Below, in pieces: positions 45,071 to 57,127 of a stretch of DNA of 64,000 nucleotides. The stretch comes from Candidatus Bathyarchaeota archaeon (lineage in GTDB: Archaea; Thermoproteota; Bathyarchaeia; Bathyarchaeales; DTEX01). Position numbers and translations under genes: made by a program. The notes below the pieces were generated by a model. That model did not search any database. It was not told the DNA's origin and saw only the letters and a program-made list of their open reading frames with translations. Every line of letters starts with the position of its first letter. Within the stretch, counting starts at the first letter, position 1. The DNA lies in contig CAVQNT010000003.1 of the NCBI GenBank assembly GCA_963714275.1, positions 1-64,000 of the forward strand, written 5' to 3'.

Positions 45071-45147
45071 AAGCTAGTAATATATATCAAAAGTTGAGAA
45101 TACATAACTCAGGATATTAGTGAGCTAGTAAATGAGTGTTTGAAGAT

Positions 45148-46660
45148 ATGCGCCATAATAAAAATTTGAAAACTCATTTACGCATGTTTCTCATGACTTT
45201 GTTGATGATTTGCCTTATTCTGCCATCTTCCTTTCATTCGTCCTTAGGAAACCCGGCTTAATACTTATTATGGTGTTGTGCCCTCAAAAATTTTCTTATA
45301 TTTACTTAATGATGCGAACAATTTTACTTCAGGCTGGGTACTGGGCAGTAATTCTTCTCGTACAGGTTCTCCTGGTCTTAATGGTAAAACCGTTGCGACG
45401 AAAGCTTTACTTGCGATTGTTGCTGCAGAGAACGACACAAACGTTAAGGTTTACGATCTGACGTTGAACAGCCTGATCTCACAGGATCATATAGATAGTA
45501 TGGAGAAGCACCTTGTTTTATTGGCTAATGGCACCGTATTCAAGGTTGTTTCAGATAAGCAAGTTTCTGTTTTGTTGCTCAACTATCAAAATATGCCTGT
45601 TGGCGCCGTTACAGAAGGACCACTGCCCTATACATTCTACACTGATGTTCATGGCTTGTATGTCGGCAAAAAATTCGTTCTCATGGCTTCTGAGCAAATA
45701 TTTTATTCGGAAAATAAATTTTACACATTACTAGCCTTGGAAAAATCCAAAGTCACTGTGACCAGAGATGATAGTCAACAAAACGAATATTCTCTTGATG
45801 CAAACTCATACACAACCATGTTGCTTGATATCTTCAGAGTCTACAAAATCGAATCAACAGGCAACATAATGGTGCAATCAAGCACAACTTGGGCTGATAT
45901 AGGAAGCGGCCTTTCTCCGCTCCGTTATAAAGCATCTTATCCGGTTCCTTGTGCCACAGGAGGCTTTGTTGGGCAGTTCTTCGTGGTAAAAGCGAGGAAA
46001 GGATGGGACCCCGATACAGATTACGGGTTTCGAATATCAGCTTCAGAAGATACGAAAGTGAAAGTTTTTGATCTCTCAACAAAGCAAGTGGTAAATGATT
46101 TATCAGTGAAAGGAGGAACCGGAATTGGGTTCCAACCGTCAGCGGATGCAATAGGCATGCAGAGCGATAAACCGATCACATTATTATACTTTAACAATGG
46201 CACCCTCGGCACGTCAAGAACTGCACAAATTGGTGTAGGAGTAATGTTCATGGGCATTCAACCTAACCAAAACACTCCAATCTACTTACCCACTGATACC
46301 AATGTCGAGGTATACTTCTTCGTAAACGAAGAAACAGAACTGATGGTTGATGGTTCCAGTCAAACAATCCAGCCTGATCAGCCAAAATTGTATATCCTAT
46401 TAGGAACTCACACGATACAAGCCGACCACAACGTTATCCTCCAAGTCAACTTCTGGCCCAACGAACCCGAATATCAGGGATTATGGTTCCCAGGAGCAGC
46501 AATACCATGCATAGAAACGGTTGCTAACAACCCAACTGTCACATTGACCCCTCTCGGAGAAGGCTTCCCGATGATGTACATAATAGCTGGAGCAGGCGCC
46601 GCAGTCGCTGTCATTGTCGTTGTCTTAGTGATGAGAAGACGGGGCGGTAAACCAAGCTAG
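45148..46660 (+). CDS. Secreted, C-terminally anchored IgGFc-binding-like surface protein, paralogue 2 (5' frameshift)
   Basis: YYGVVP, ENDTNVKVYDL, ESTGNIMVQS, SDKPIT. Ends EGFPMMYIIAGAGAAVAVIVVVLVMRRRGGKPS*. Confidence 0.72.
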
Positions 46661-46823
46661 AACGCCCCAAAAATTCGCAGTTAAGGCAAAAATTCCTCCC
46701 TTCATTTTTACTCAGAGATCTACTTTTAAACCTTGATTCTTGGCGTTTTACTAAATAATTATATAGCTAGCTAGCTAGCAAAACAATTAAGGGTAGAAAA
46801 GAGACAACAAATGGGATAGAATC

Positions 46824-47822
46824 TTGAACTCCAGAGAGAGATTTGCTGCTTCGCTCCGCTTTCAACAACCAGATAGGATACCATTCTATGACGAGGAGAT
46901 TCGTGAAGAAACCTTAGCACGCTGGTATGAGCAAGGATTGCCAAAAGGTAGGGATCCGAGGGAGCTTTTTAGGTTAGAAAAGTGGGATATTGTGCCAGTC
47001 AACTTGGAAATGATCCCAGAATTTCAAGGACGATTCAGGTCTAGGAAGGATTCCGAGAGACTTAAAAAATCATTCAATCCAGACGAATCATCAAGGTATC
47101 CCACCAATTGGGAGAACCTCGTTGGTCGATGGGAGGATCGCGACTATCCACTCGGAATATCGGTTTGGGAAGGATTCTTTCAACCATTCAATTCTGGAAG
47201 TGTACCAGATACAGTGTATCATTCGCTCACGGATATTGTCCGAATGATATACTCAAATCCTGAACTCTTGGTAGAGACGGTCAACTTCATCGCCGAATTC
47301 GTTATCAGAACGATGAGCAAAACGCTCGATGAAGTGAAGATTGATTATGCTATCATATGGGAACCCATTGCAGAAAACAAAGGTCCTGCAATTTCACCTC
47401 CAAGTTTTCAAGATTTAGTGATCCCATGCTACAAGAGAATTATAGAAACCCTCAACAGTCACGGAATTGACATAATCATTCTCAGCACCTTTGGAAACGT
47501 GAAAGAACTGATTCCTCTATGCCTTGATGTAGGGATTAACGTATTATGGTGTAGAGGAACCAAACCTGCAGGAGTAGACTATGTCGCCCTAAGGAAGAAG
47601 TACGGGCAAAAGCTAGCTCTAATAGGTGGCATAGACATAGGATGTTTGACTGAAGACAAAGAGGCAATCAAAGCTGAAATATACTCTAAGGTTCCACCAC
47701 TCCTCTCTTCAGGAGGATACATTCCCATGTTGGACGGAAGAGTACGTGAAAATATACCCTTTGAAAATTATGCCTACTATAGGAGACTCATTGAAGAAAT
47801 AGCCTGCAAGAAAATGGAATGA
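46824..47822 (+). CDS. Uroporphyrinogen decarboxylase / MtaA-CmuA family protein
   Basis: MNSRERF..PDRIP, GPAISP, GGID, GGYIP..D. Intact 332 aa. Confidence 0.85.
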   Translation: MNSRERFAASLRFQQPDRIPFYDEEIREETLARWYEQGLPKGRDPRELFRLEKWDIVPVNLEMIPEFQGRFRSRKDSERLKKSFNPDESSRYPTNWENLVGRWEDRDYPLGISVWEGFFQPFNSGSVPDTVYHSLTDIVRMIYSNPELLVETVNFIAEFVIRTMSKTLDEVKIDYAIIWEPIAENKGPAISPPSFQDLVIPCYKRIIETLNSHGIDIIILSTFGNVKELIPLCLDVGINVLWCRGTKPAGVDYVALRKKYGQKLALIGGIDIGCLTEDKEAIKAEIYSKVPPLLSSGGYIPMLDGRVRENIPFENYAYYRRLIEEIACKKME

Positions 47823-47891
47823 TTAAAAACCATAGCTAGCTCACTTAAATTCTAACAAGCGAGCTGGCCAGAGACTGAGTTCAAACACGCG

Positions 47892-48158
47892 TTATTTAGG
47901 ATTTAGCCACACTCTCAACATGAAGCCTAGTTTATTCAGATCAAATGCCCAAATTACTTCCCAAGGTATGGTTATGCGTCCACCGCGTAGAAGTTTAGCG
48001 ACAAAATCTTCGCTACCAAGTTTGCCAATTGGTTGAATTCTTACCTTTAATAGTTCTCCAGGTTCCAGTTTATAGCGCCCCCTAACCTCTACAGGTATCT
48101 GGACACGATTCAACTTCTGCATCTTCACTAAAAACATAACAGTTTCAGTTAAAGGCAT
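47892..48158 (-). CDS. Tandem AbrB/MazE-like DNA-binding protein
   Basis: MPLTETV.F...QKLNRVQIPVEVR..YKLEPGELLKV and a second repeat GGRITIP. Confidence 0.7.
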   Translation of the reverse strand: MPLTETVMFLVKMQKLNRVQIPVEVRGRYKLEPGELLKVRIQPIGKLGSEDFVAKLLRGGRITIPWEVIWAFDLNKLGFMLRVWLNPK

Positions 48159-48451
48159 GCTTCCACCAGACACGTATAGTTCCAGCTTCATGAACCCTAT
48201 TTGGCTTAGTCACTGTTAGTTATGATGCATCTATGTCAATTCATGACAAAGTATGGATTTTTTTTCAATTCCAATCTCAGCAAAAAATTCTACGTTTGCT
48301 AGCCTAGCCCAAAAATAGTCCTTCTTAATCATGCATAGTTCATTCAAATTCCTGTGCAAAGAAGAGTGCTTCTCCGAATCTTTTACATTTTTCGTTAATC
48401 CTTTTTAAATGCTTTCGTTTTTTGATCGTTTGAGAACTGTGTGACGAGCCT

Positions 48452-49988
48452 TCAGGAGCTACCCGGATAATCTAGGGAGTAGTGGATTCCACGGGTCTCT
48501 TTTCGTCGCATGGCTGAGTTGATAATTAGGTCAGCTGCCAAAGCCATGTTACGGAGTTCTACGAGGTCTTCGGTTATTAAGAAGTCCCAGTAATATTGGT
48601 CGATTTCTCGCCTGAGGAGGGTTATGCGGTCTTTAACTCGGGCTAATCGCTTGTTGGAACGTACGATTCCCACATAATTCCACAGCAGACGACGTATTTC
48701 ATCCCGATTGTGGGTGACAACCACCATCTCGTCACTGTCTACAGCTTCACCGGGTTCCCAAGGTGAAAAAGGCTGAAGGGAGATCCTTTTTTTCAAGAGT
48801 TTTTTGCATCTTTCAGCCTGTGTATTTTCCACAGACAAGCCCTTCTATGATAGAGTTGCTTGCTAACCTGTTTGCTCCATGGAGCCCTGTACAGGCAACT
48901 TCACCTATGGCGTATAGTTTTTCAACGTCGGTTTCGCCCTCTACAGTTGCTTTTACGCCTCCGCAACAATAATGGGCGGCGGGAACTACTGGGATCGGCT
49001 CCTTAGTGATGTCAATTCCGAAAAGGAGGCATTGTTCATAAATCTCAGGAAAGCGGGATTGAATGAAGTCAGGATCCTTCATCGAGATATCGAGTAAGAC
49101 ATAATTTTCACCGCTCATCTTTAATTCGTTATCTATTGCTCGTGCCACATTGTCTCTTGGAGCGAACTCCATCATGGGATGATAGTCGCTCATGAACCGA
49201 AGTCCTCTTTTATTCGTAAGGATTGCTCCCTCACCCCTAAGAGACTCTGATATCAAAAAGGACTCTGCTAGTGGATGATACAGCGTCGTCGGATGAAACT
49301 GGGTGAATTCCATGTCCATTATGGCTGCTCCAGCCCTGTAAGCCATAGCTATCCCATCTCCTGTGGCAACAGCTGGATTTGTGGTATGAATGAAAATCCT
49401 GCCAATGCCTCCTGTTGCCAATATGGTCAATTTGGATACGAAACTGCGGATCGTAGAGCTCTTTCTATCCAGAACATAACAGCCTACACATAGATTATTC
49501 TTAACAACTAAGTTGACTGCAATCTGGTTCTCAAGTATAGTGATGGAAGGATGCTCTGAAGCGGCTTTTAACAGGACCCGCTCAACCTCCCTACCTGTGA
49601 GGTCGTTAGCGTGAACTATGCGACGTTTAGAGTGTCCTCCCTCAATGCCTAGGTCGAAATCGCCAGTTTCTGTCCTGTCGAAATCTGCACCCATCTCTTC
49701 AAGTTCTTTGATGCATGCGGGTGCAGTTCGAATGATTTTTTCAACGACATTCCTGTCACATAGCCCATCACCACAAACTAACGTATCATTGATGTGGCTT
49801 TCAAAGGAATCATCTGGAGACAAAACTGCAGCCAATCCTCCCTGAGCATAATTCGTGTTTGACTCAGCCTTTTCCTTTTTAGTGATCATAAGTACATGCG
49901 CAGAATCAGCAATTCTCAATGCAAAAGACAATCCTGCTACTCCGCTTCCAATCACCAAAACATCTGAGGACATGTCTGCGTGTTCCAT
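48452..49988 (-). CDS. nadB: L-aspartate oxidase, frameshifted
   Basis: [64 protein letters not shown]. Confidence 0.95.
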
Positions 49989-50132
49989 TCAGTTCACGCC
50001 TTCCTAATCAGACCTTAAGCCTATATTAATAGAAATACTAAAGAAACTGAAGAGCTTTCTCGACCTTCCGGTAGCATCATTCTTTTTACATCTAGAATTA
50101 AAGAGAGAATATGAACAAAACTAAAATAATAT

Positions 50133-51018
50133 TTAACTCAAGTATTTTTTCAAAAACGTCACAACTCGACTAAAAGCATCAGCCACTGCCGGATCCCTAA
50201 AGTCCTTATCAAAACCATGCTCGCCATCATGGATGGTAATCAGTTCATGCTTTACGCCAACGTGCGCAAGTTCGTTTGCCATCATTAATGATTGGCTGTA
50301 AGGCACGTCTGTGTCTTTGTCACCATGCAAAAGCATTGTCGGTGGATATTCTTTTGTTATGTTACGGATTGGGCAAAATGAATCAAATACTTTGGGCTCT
50401 GTATTCGGATCATGCCCCGACATTTCCTTGGGCCAAAGACCATGTTGGCGACAGTAAAGGTAAAATCGTCCTCGATTAGGTTGACTTAGGGCTTCCGAAA
50501 TTACTGGTCCGCCTACAGATGCATATGCTTCTTCTTTTGGAACAAGGGACTGCTTACAATAAAAAGGATCAGGTTTGCTGTACCAGTCTCCAGTGATATC
50601 GCCATAGCCATAAAACGAAATGAGTGCTTTTGGGCGTGGATTAACACAAAATCCCGCCATTAATGTCAAATATCCTCCAGCAGAATGACCAATTATAGAC
50701 TATGCGATTTGGATCAAGATTTAAAAGATGAGAACTTTCTTCACGAATCCATTTATAAGTATCTTGGATATCCTCAATAATTGCTTTCAATTTAGTTTCC
50801 GGGGCTAAACGATAGTCAATTGAAATTAAAGTATATCCTGCCTTAACATATAGTCCAATCTGATCAGGGTTGATGTTTTCCCTGTGGCCCGTAATTAATG
50901 CGCCACCATGTATCCACATTACTACTGGACGATTAACATCATCCGAAACCGTATATACATCTGCCTTAATCTCACATCTTTCAACAATCTTGTAAGTGAA
51001 ACTTTGTTTATCAATCAT
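50133..51018 (-). CDS. Alpha/beta hydrolase (esterase, HSL/BD-FAE-like), frameshifted
   Basis: IHGGALI, DYRLAPE, GHSAGGYL, HGDKDTDVP, HGFD. Confidence 0.9.
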
Positions 51019-51066
51019 TATTGAACACTTTTAATTAATTATCAAATACGAATCAGTATAAAATTT

Positions 51067-52416
51067 TTAACCTAGACTAGTAAATCCTCTGAGGTTGTCA
51101 AGGACAATCCTTAAGGGCTCTTCCTTTTCCTTAATTTTCAAGGAGAAGTTCAAGTTCTCTGGTTTAGTTTTAGCTGGGATGGGGACTAGAAGACGCCGGT
51201 TGGCCCAGTAATGTAGAAGAAAGGTTTTTTGGGTTATGGGCTTATGGTCTACCTCAACCGTTACATCGATTTCGACCTCACGTTTGCTGTGGCTGATGGC
51301 GTCAAGGGCGATGTGGGTGATTGGGTGGCTTTCCTCAGGTTTTAGGGGTCTGCTTAAGACTGCCTCTCCCTTCCCGGTCGGGATTTTCCAGAGCGCGGAA
51401 CCTATGCCCTCTGTTACACCTTCTGGATAGGCTACTTTTTCAAGGTTGCCGTTTATCCATATACCTCGGCTCTTATAGGATGTGAGGATTCCCCGGCTGA
51501 CACTCCAAGAGCTCAGATCCTTACCTTCGAAGCTACCAAGCAATACGCCGGGTGTGTATGGCCATAAAGCATCTTCAGAAACGGGCATCCATGAGCTTTC
51601 TGCGTCGAAATCTTCTTTATACATCTTCATCAAAATGTTCATGTCCACTGGAATAATATAGACCTCGCTTTTGAAGTGTGGAAAATTTCTCCTAGTATCC
51701 GTTTCAGTGGCCACATCACTGTGTAGACATGGCCCCCATCGGATACCAATATGATAGGCATTCTCGCTAGCCACTGTTATCATATAAGAATTGTCATTTG
51801 CTACCCATCCCACTAGCGGGGAAACTACCACACTCTTTGAAGTAGACCAGCTGAGGGCAGTTTGCGCAAATTTTCTCGTCTTGAACAGCTGAATCCAAGG
51901 GCCTCCATCATCGCTTCCTATATGATACTCGGACCGGCCACGTTCAGCATCCGAAATCCAGCCAAACCCTCTACCCTCAAAGAATGCGAAAGACTTTCGT
52001 GCCATCTCAAAGGGAGGGTGATTCTCATCGGAGAACAGGTGACTCGAGAAGCAGGTGTTGAAGGCAGTTAATTTTACCCCTGATGGCAATTCTAACATCT
52101 CGCCTTCAACCTTTACCCGAAAAGATTCAGCTGAGAATTTCAGCCTAAGTAGGTAAGGTAGTTCATCCAACCCGTCAAGATTTCCGTGCAGCATAAGTTC
52201 TAGGCTGTTCTCAGATTTCTTTTCCTCAATCTTCCTTACGTTGCAATAGGGATGGGCGCCTCGGTCTTCCAAGGAACTTATACTGACTTGTTCCATATTA
52301 AAGGTAAGTTCTGGCTTGGAAGGAAACATCCTAGACATCATTTTTACAGAGCATGTCTGATTTTCCTTATGTTCTATAAGTAGTAACTTTATTGAACGGT
52401 CTTTTTTTCGAGGCAT
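51067..52416 (-). CDS. Hypothetical protein (beta-rich; possible C-terminal carbohydrate-binding-like domain)
   Basis: Intact 449-aa ORF. C-terminal SFEG....W...EGVTEG..S....LDNLR pattern resembles CBM-type sandwiches. Confidence 0.6.
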   Translation of the reverse strand: MPRKKDRSIKLLLIEHKENQTCSVKMMSRMFPSKPELTFNMEQVSISSLEDRGAHPYCNVRKIEEKKSENSLELMLHGNLDGLDELPYLLRLKFSAESFRVKVEGEMLELPSGVKLTAFNTCFSSHLFSDENHPPFEMARKSFAFFEGRGFGWISDAERGRSEYHIGSDDGGPWIQLFKTRKFAQTALSWSTSKSVVVSPLVGWVANDNSYMITVASENAYHIGIRWGPCLHSDVATETDTRRNFPHFKSEVYIIPVDMNILMKMYKEDFDAESSWMPVSEDALWPYTPGVLLGSFEGKDLSSWSVSRGILTSYKSRGIWINGNLEKVAYPEGVTEGIGSALWKIPTGKGEAVLSRPLKPEESHPITHIALDAISHSKREVEIDVTVEVDHKPITQKTFLLHYWANRRLLVPIPAKTKPENLNFSLKIKEKEEPLRIVLDNLRGFTSLG

Positions 52417-52543
52417 AAAACTTTCTTCACTATTCCAGTTGAGTTAACTAATTACGAACATTATTACTCAATTAATCAAGTAATGTGTTTATTAGTACAG
52501 TTGCTTTATATGAAAAAATGTCTCGTTCAGGAGAATTTGAGAT

Positions 52544-54419
52544 TTGACTGGGACAGAGCGTGGCTTATTTATTGTGGTTGCATTTCTTTCACTTTTGCTT
52601 ATTGGCACTCTTGTTAGGCTTGTCTATGTTTCAGACGAAATTGCAGTCATTAATGCGCTTTTGCGCAATCAAACACTCCAGATAGAATATCTAAATAGGG
52701 TAAACGCTCAACTACAAGAGTTGGTGGACATGATGAGAAGAGATATAGGAGTTCAAAGGCTTGCGCCTGACACATTGAACTTAGCTGACAATACCCTACT
52801 GGGCGTCGGCTTCATAATAAACAATCTGGGTCCACAAGGCCCCTATTGGGGAGCTCACCTTCTAGGTCCTGCGCCATATCTGGAACTGACGACATATGTA
52901 GATTGGGGTGGCTTTGAAATGCCAATAGAGGCGAGTGTGAGTAATTCGCTTTTAGCGTTGATTCTTCAACGCCACATGTTGGGTGGCAATTATGGTGAGG
53001 AGACTGAGAATGCATACAAAAACCTTGTGTTTGAATCTGTCGATAAATTGGGAGCACTTGGGTTTGTGAATACTGCTGGAGGAGAAGGATTTCATTTATT
53101 GGTGGCATGGTACGCCCTGACTGAAGATGGAAGAATAAAAGGGATCATAGAAAGTGCAGTCCAGGATTTGGGAAACAATGTGATCCTGCATCATGATTCT
53201 GAAATGAACCACGATTACGTTACAATTGGGGGTACTGATCCCGTTGCACAATGGGCAGCGTCGGGCGCATTTACCCAAATCGAGCCTCTCGTAAGATGGT
53301 ATGAAATCAGTGGAGATGCGTCTGCGTTAAACTTAGCCGGAAACATGACTAACTGGTTCCTGTATCACTCAACCTTTGTTAACTATGATGGAAGCTTCGA
53401 CCTGTCGGAAGAAGGGAAGGGAGTTTTTACAGACCATGTTTACCACCGTATGGCAGCTGTCGCAGGCGTCATTAAGTACGGTATTGTGACGGGAAAACAT
53501 GATCTTGCGGAGTGGGGTAAGCGAATCTTCGACTACGTATGGGGCTTCAGCGGAGGAATAGGCTTCATCCCCGAGAGACTTAAGCAGCCTTACGGATCAG
53601 AAACTTGTGCCATAAGGGCTATGGTTGTTTCTGCTATACTCCTTGCGAAGGCTGGATATCCGGAATATTGGAACATTGTTGAACGTATGGCTAGGAATCA
53701 GATGGTTGAGAATCAGTGTACTGGATGTGAGCTGGATAAAGCAGCCTGCTCAGGAATTGAGTGACACTGAAACGAGGTCTTACTATAATGTAGCCAATCG
53801 AATACTCGGGTCATGGTCTGGTTGGAGTGACCCTAACGACTGGGTTAGTTTAAGGACGAGGGGAACGGATTCATCTCAAACCCAGAACTGTTGCTACAGA
53901 GGAGGCGAGATGTTATACGTTGTTTGGCATAACATCGTGACTACAAATGAATCAGGAGTCAATGTCAACCTTTCCTTGAATAGAGATTCAAAATGGGTTC
54001 TAATAAGGAGTTACATGCCCTATGAAGGTAAAGTTGAGATCTTGGTTCACGACGCACCAACCCTTTATGTGCGGGTTCCAGACTGGGTTGAAAGAACACG
54101 AGTAAACGTCACGGTAGACGGTAATCCACGAACCTTCGAGTGGAATGGCGAATATGTTAAGCTCATAGGTCTCAGATTCAACGAGAATGTTACGGTGACA
54201 TATCCTCTGAGAGAATTGAAGGAGACGGTGCGGATTGGAGGAGCCGTCGACATTACTCCGCCAGAATACACCTTGACATGGCGCGGAGACACCGTGGTCG
54301 AGATATCTCCAAAAGGAACGATCTGTCCCCTCTACCAGAGAGAACACTTCAAACAGGAAAAGGCACCTATGAAGATAACCACGTTCTATTTTCCCGAGGA
54401 AGAACTATCCTTCCCGTAA
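52544..54419 (+). CDS. Membrane-anchored GH127 (beta-L-arabinofuranosidase)-like protein, frameshifted
   Basis: N-terminal TM and coiled coil, SETC, ERMARNQ..E.Q, NCC, GVNVNL.LNR, SYMPYEGKV, VRVPDW. Confidence 0.7.
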
Positions 54420-54566
54420 ACCTCTACAACACTTCCTTGCCACGTGAGCACAGATAATTCTCCATAGTAGATAGCTAACAGGTCTTACCATAACACTTTA
54501 TATGAGATTAGCAAAAGGTGAATTATGAGTGGTTGAAGAATCTGAAACTTTGAAGCTGAGACCTTT

Positions 54567-55918
54567 ATGAATTCCGCTGAGCAAAAGCGATTTGTTGGGA
54601 TGAAGGGGTTCACTGTTATTTGGATAGGTCAGCTGTTCTCTTTACTCGGTACTTCCATGACTGCATTTTCACTTACAATTTGGGCTTGGCAACTAACGGG
54701 TAAAGCAACCGCGTTAGCTTTAGTGGCTTTTTTTAATTTTGTTCCTTTATTGTTGACAACACCCTTTGCAGGGGCTATTGTAGACCAGTCAAACCGAAAA
54801 AGAGTGATGATTAGTGCTGATCTAGCTGCGGGTTTACCTACTGTGGGTATGCTATTGCTTAATACTGCTGGCAATTTGCAGATTTGGCATGTATATATTG
54901 CTACGGGTATCGCTGGTGTATTTCAAGCATTTCATTTTCCAGCTTATTCAGCAGCTGTGACAATGATGGTGCATAAAGAACAATATGGTCGTGCCAGCGG
55001 AATGCTTTCAGCAGCAGAATTTGCTTCAGGAATTTTTGCCCCAGTTGTTGCTGCCATAATGATGAATATTGTGGGTCTTAATGGCGTAATGACCATAGAC
55101 ATAATTACTTTTATTTTTGCCATTTTTTTATTGATGCTCATTAATATTCCGCAGCCTTTAGTCACGGACGAAAGACATGATGAAGCCAGAAACATTAGGA
55201 AGCAATTATTATTTGGATTTAGTACATTTTTAAAAGACCTAGCTTGTTAGGGCTTCAGCTAGTTTTGTTTTCGAGCAATTTGCTATCGAGCTTTGGCAAC
55301 ACTGTTGTGTCTCCAATGATTCTAGCCCGCACTAATAATAATTCGATTTTGTTAGGGAGCGTTATGTCTGCTGCCGGAATCGGGGGAGTTGTAGGTGGTG
55401 CAGTGTTATCAATCTGGGGTGGACCAAAACGTAAAATCCACGGCGTACTTATGGGAAATATATTAATGAACTTGCTTGGTTGGTTTTTTGTGGGGCTAGG
55501 ACAAAATTGGATTATATGGACTTTAGCAGCGTTCATAGGCGTCTTTTTCCTTCCGATACTAAACGGTTCAAATCAAGCCATTTGGCAAGTTAAAGTTCCC
55601 CCTACAATGCAAGGGCGTGTTTTTGCTGCTAGGCGTTTTATAGCACAAATGGGAATGCCGCTTGGTATGCTTCTCGCGGGTTCTTTAGCTGATGGTTTTT
55701 TTGAACCAGCTATGACGTCGAATGGTAATCTTGCAGCAATTTTCGGAAACTTAGTTGGCACAGGACCAGGATCTGGCATGTCACTCATGCTTATTATCGC
55801 TGGTTTATTTGGAACAATTGCAGGTATAGGTGCGTATAGATTTCGTGCAATACGAGACGCTGAAGATATCCTGCCAGATTATGACGTATCCCAGAAGGAT
55901 CTGACTCACAGCGTATAA
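54567..55918 (+). CDS. MFS transporter (DHA3/MefA-like), frameshifted
   Basis: WIGQLFSLLGT.MT, GAIVD..NRKRVM, WQVKVP..MQGRVF. About 12 TM segments. Confidence 0.9.
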
Positions 55919-56166
55919 GTCCCCCACACAACACAACAAGCTCAAAACGAAAACGCACTTAATTTCCATGACAGTTTCAGTTACAAGCATGCTTCACCAG
56001 CCTTCCCTGTACTTCAAACACCTTTTGTAACCTTCTGCAGCCTTCTGTAAACGTGAGATAAGCCAAATTTAAACCCTGTTTTATAAAAACAGACTGAAAC
56101 AGACTTATCATAAAGCTGCATTCTGCACTGTCCTACAATTGAAGGAAGAGAAATCATATGAATTAG

Positions 56167-56466
56167 TTATTTGTTGGGCACAACCTCGCTATAACGGTCA
56201 AGTTGACTCTTGATGGCTTGCATTTTTGTTAACTCTTTCTCCGCCAGCTCCAAGTAACTGCGATGAAAAGCCAGCTTCTCTTCTAAACGTTGGATCCTCT
56301 TTTTATGATACTCGATGAAACTGCGCAAAACAGCCTCATCATAGAAGGGTCCAATGTAAACAGATGAAACCTTCTTCCCAATCCTCGCAACCTGATAAAC
56401 ATACTTCTTCTTACCTCGAGTCTTGATGACAAACGCACCCGCACGGATATCTTTCGGTCTAGGCAT
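56167..56466 (-). CDS. Small basic protein resembling the SSV1 ORF D-335 / integrase N-terminal domain, plus coiled coil
   Basis: FVIKTRGKKKYVYQVARIGKKVSSVYIGP matches the K..GR.YVY...(G)K...YVGP pattern. GGAGGG RBS and TTTAAA box. Confidence 0.5.
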   Translation of the reverse strand: MPRPKDIRAGAFVIKTRGKKKYVYQVARIGKKVSSVYIGPFYDEAVLRSFIEYHKKRIQRLEEKLAFHRSYLELAEKELTKMQAIKSQLDRYSEVVPNK

Positions 56467-56640
56467 AAAATCCCTCCACAGTCATGCCTTCAGATAGTAC
56501 TAATCATTAGTTTAAATATGCTAGCTGATCATCTTGCTAGCTCAGCTAAGTAAAATGAGTAGTTATCTATCTAAGAGTAAAATATATTAATGGTAAAAAG
56601 TGAAGTCCTAATTGCTTCCCTAAATGATTGAGGTTTCAGT

Positions 56641-57093
56641 ATGGAAAGGGACAGAACTCGCAAACGATATCTCTCAGGAGTCATTTGGGACGTCTACTTA
56701 TTTATTTTAACATCTAACGAGCCGGTGGGTGTTCGAGACGTCTGGAGAGGTCTCAAACTGTCTAGTCCCAGCCTCGCCCAATATCATATCAATAACCTTC
56801 TAGAAATGAAACTTATAGGCCAAGCAGAAGACGGAAGATATAAAGCAGAAGAAAAGAGCAGTTTAGAAGTCCTCAGAAACTTTGTCCTCCTTAGAGGTCG
56901 ACTGATTTCAAGAATGATTTTCTACGCAGCCTTTATTCTTGGCTTACTATTAGTGTACTTATTATTTGAACCTAAAAAATGGGACTTCAGGGACCTTCTA
57001 GTAGTCGCCATAGGACTATTCAGCCTCATTGTCTTCTCATACGAGGCTTTCATGCAACATAGAGGAATAAAGACCGGTGTTCAAAAGCTTTGA
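56641..57093 (+). CDS. Winged-helix regulator with two C-terminal TM helices
   Basis: PVGVRDVWRGLKLSSPSLAQYHINNL..L...GRY, then two hydrophobic segments. Confidence 0.8.
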   Translation: MERDRTRKRYLSGVIWDVYLFILTSNEPVGVRDVWRGLKLSSPSLAQYHINNLLEMKLIGQAEDGRYKAEEKSSLEVLRNFVLLRGRLISRMIFYAAFILGLLLVYLLFEPKKWDFRDLLVVAIGLFSLIVFSYEAFMQHRGIKTGVQKL

Positions 57094-57127
57094 ATGGTTT
57101 TTACTAAAGGTTTGAACACATGTTCTA

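Noticed and set aside
33500-55250. Isolated CTAGCT hexamers inside coding regions (about 33503, 47612, 54821, 55238)
   Set aside because: Short occurrences compatible with background. Not counted as junction motifs, but they show the enrichment needs a statistical test.
55990-56110. Short CCTTCTG and AAACAGACT repeats
   Set aside because: Too few and irregular to distinguish from chance.
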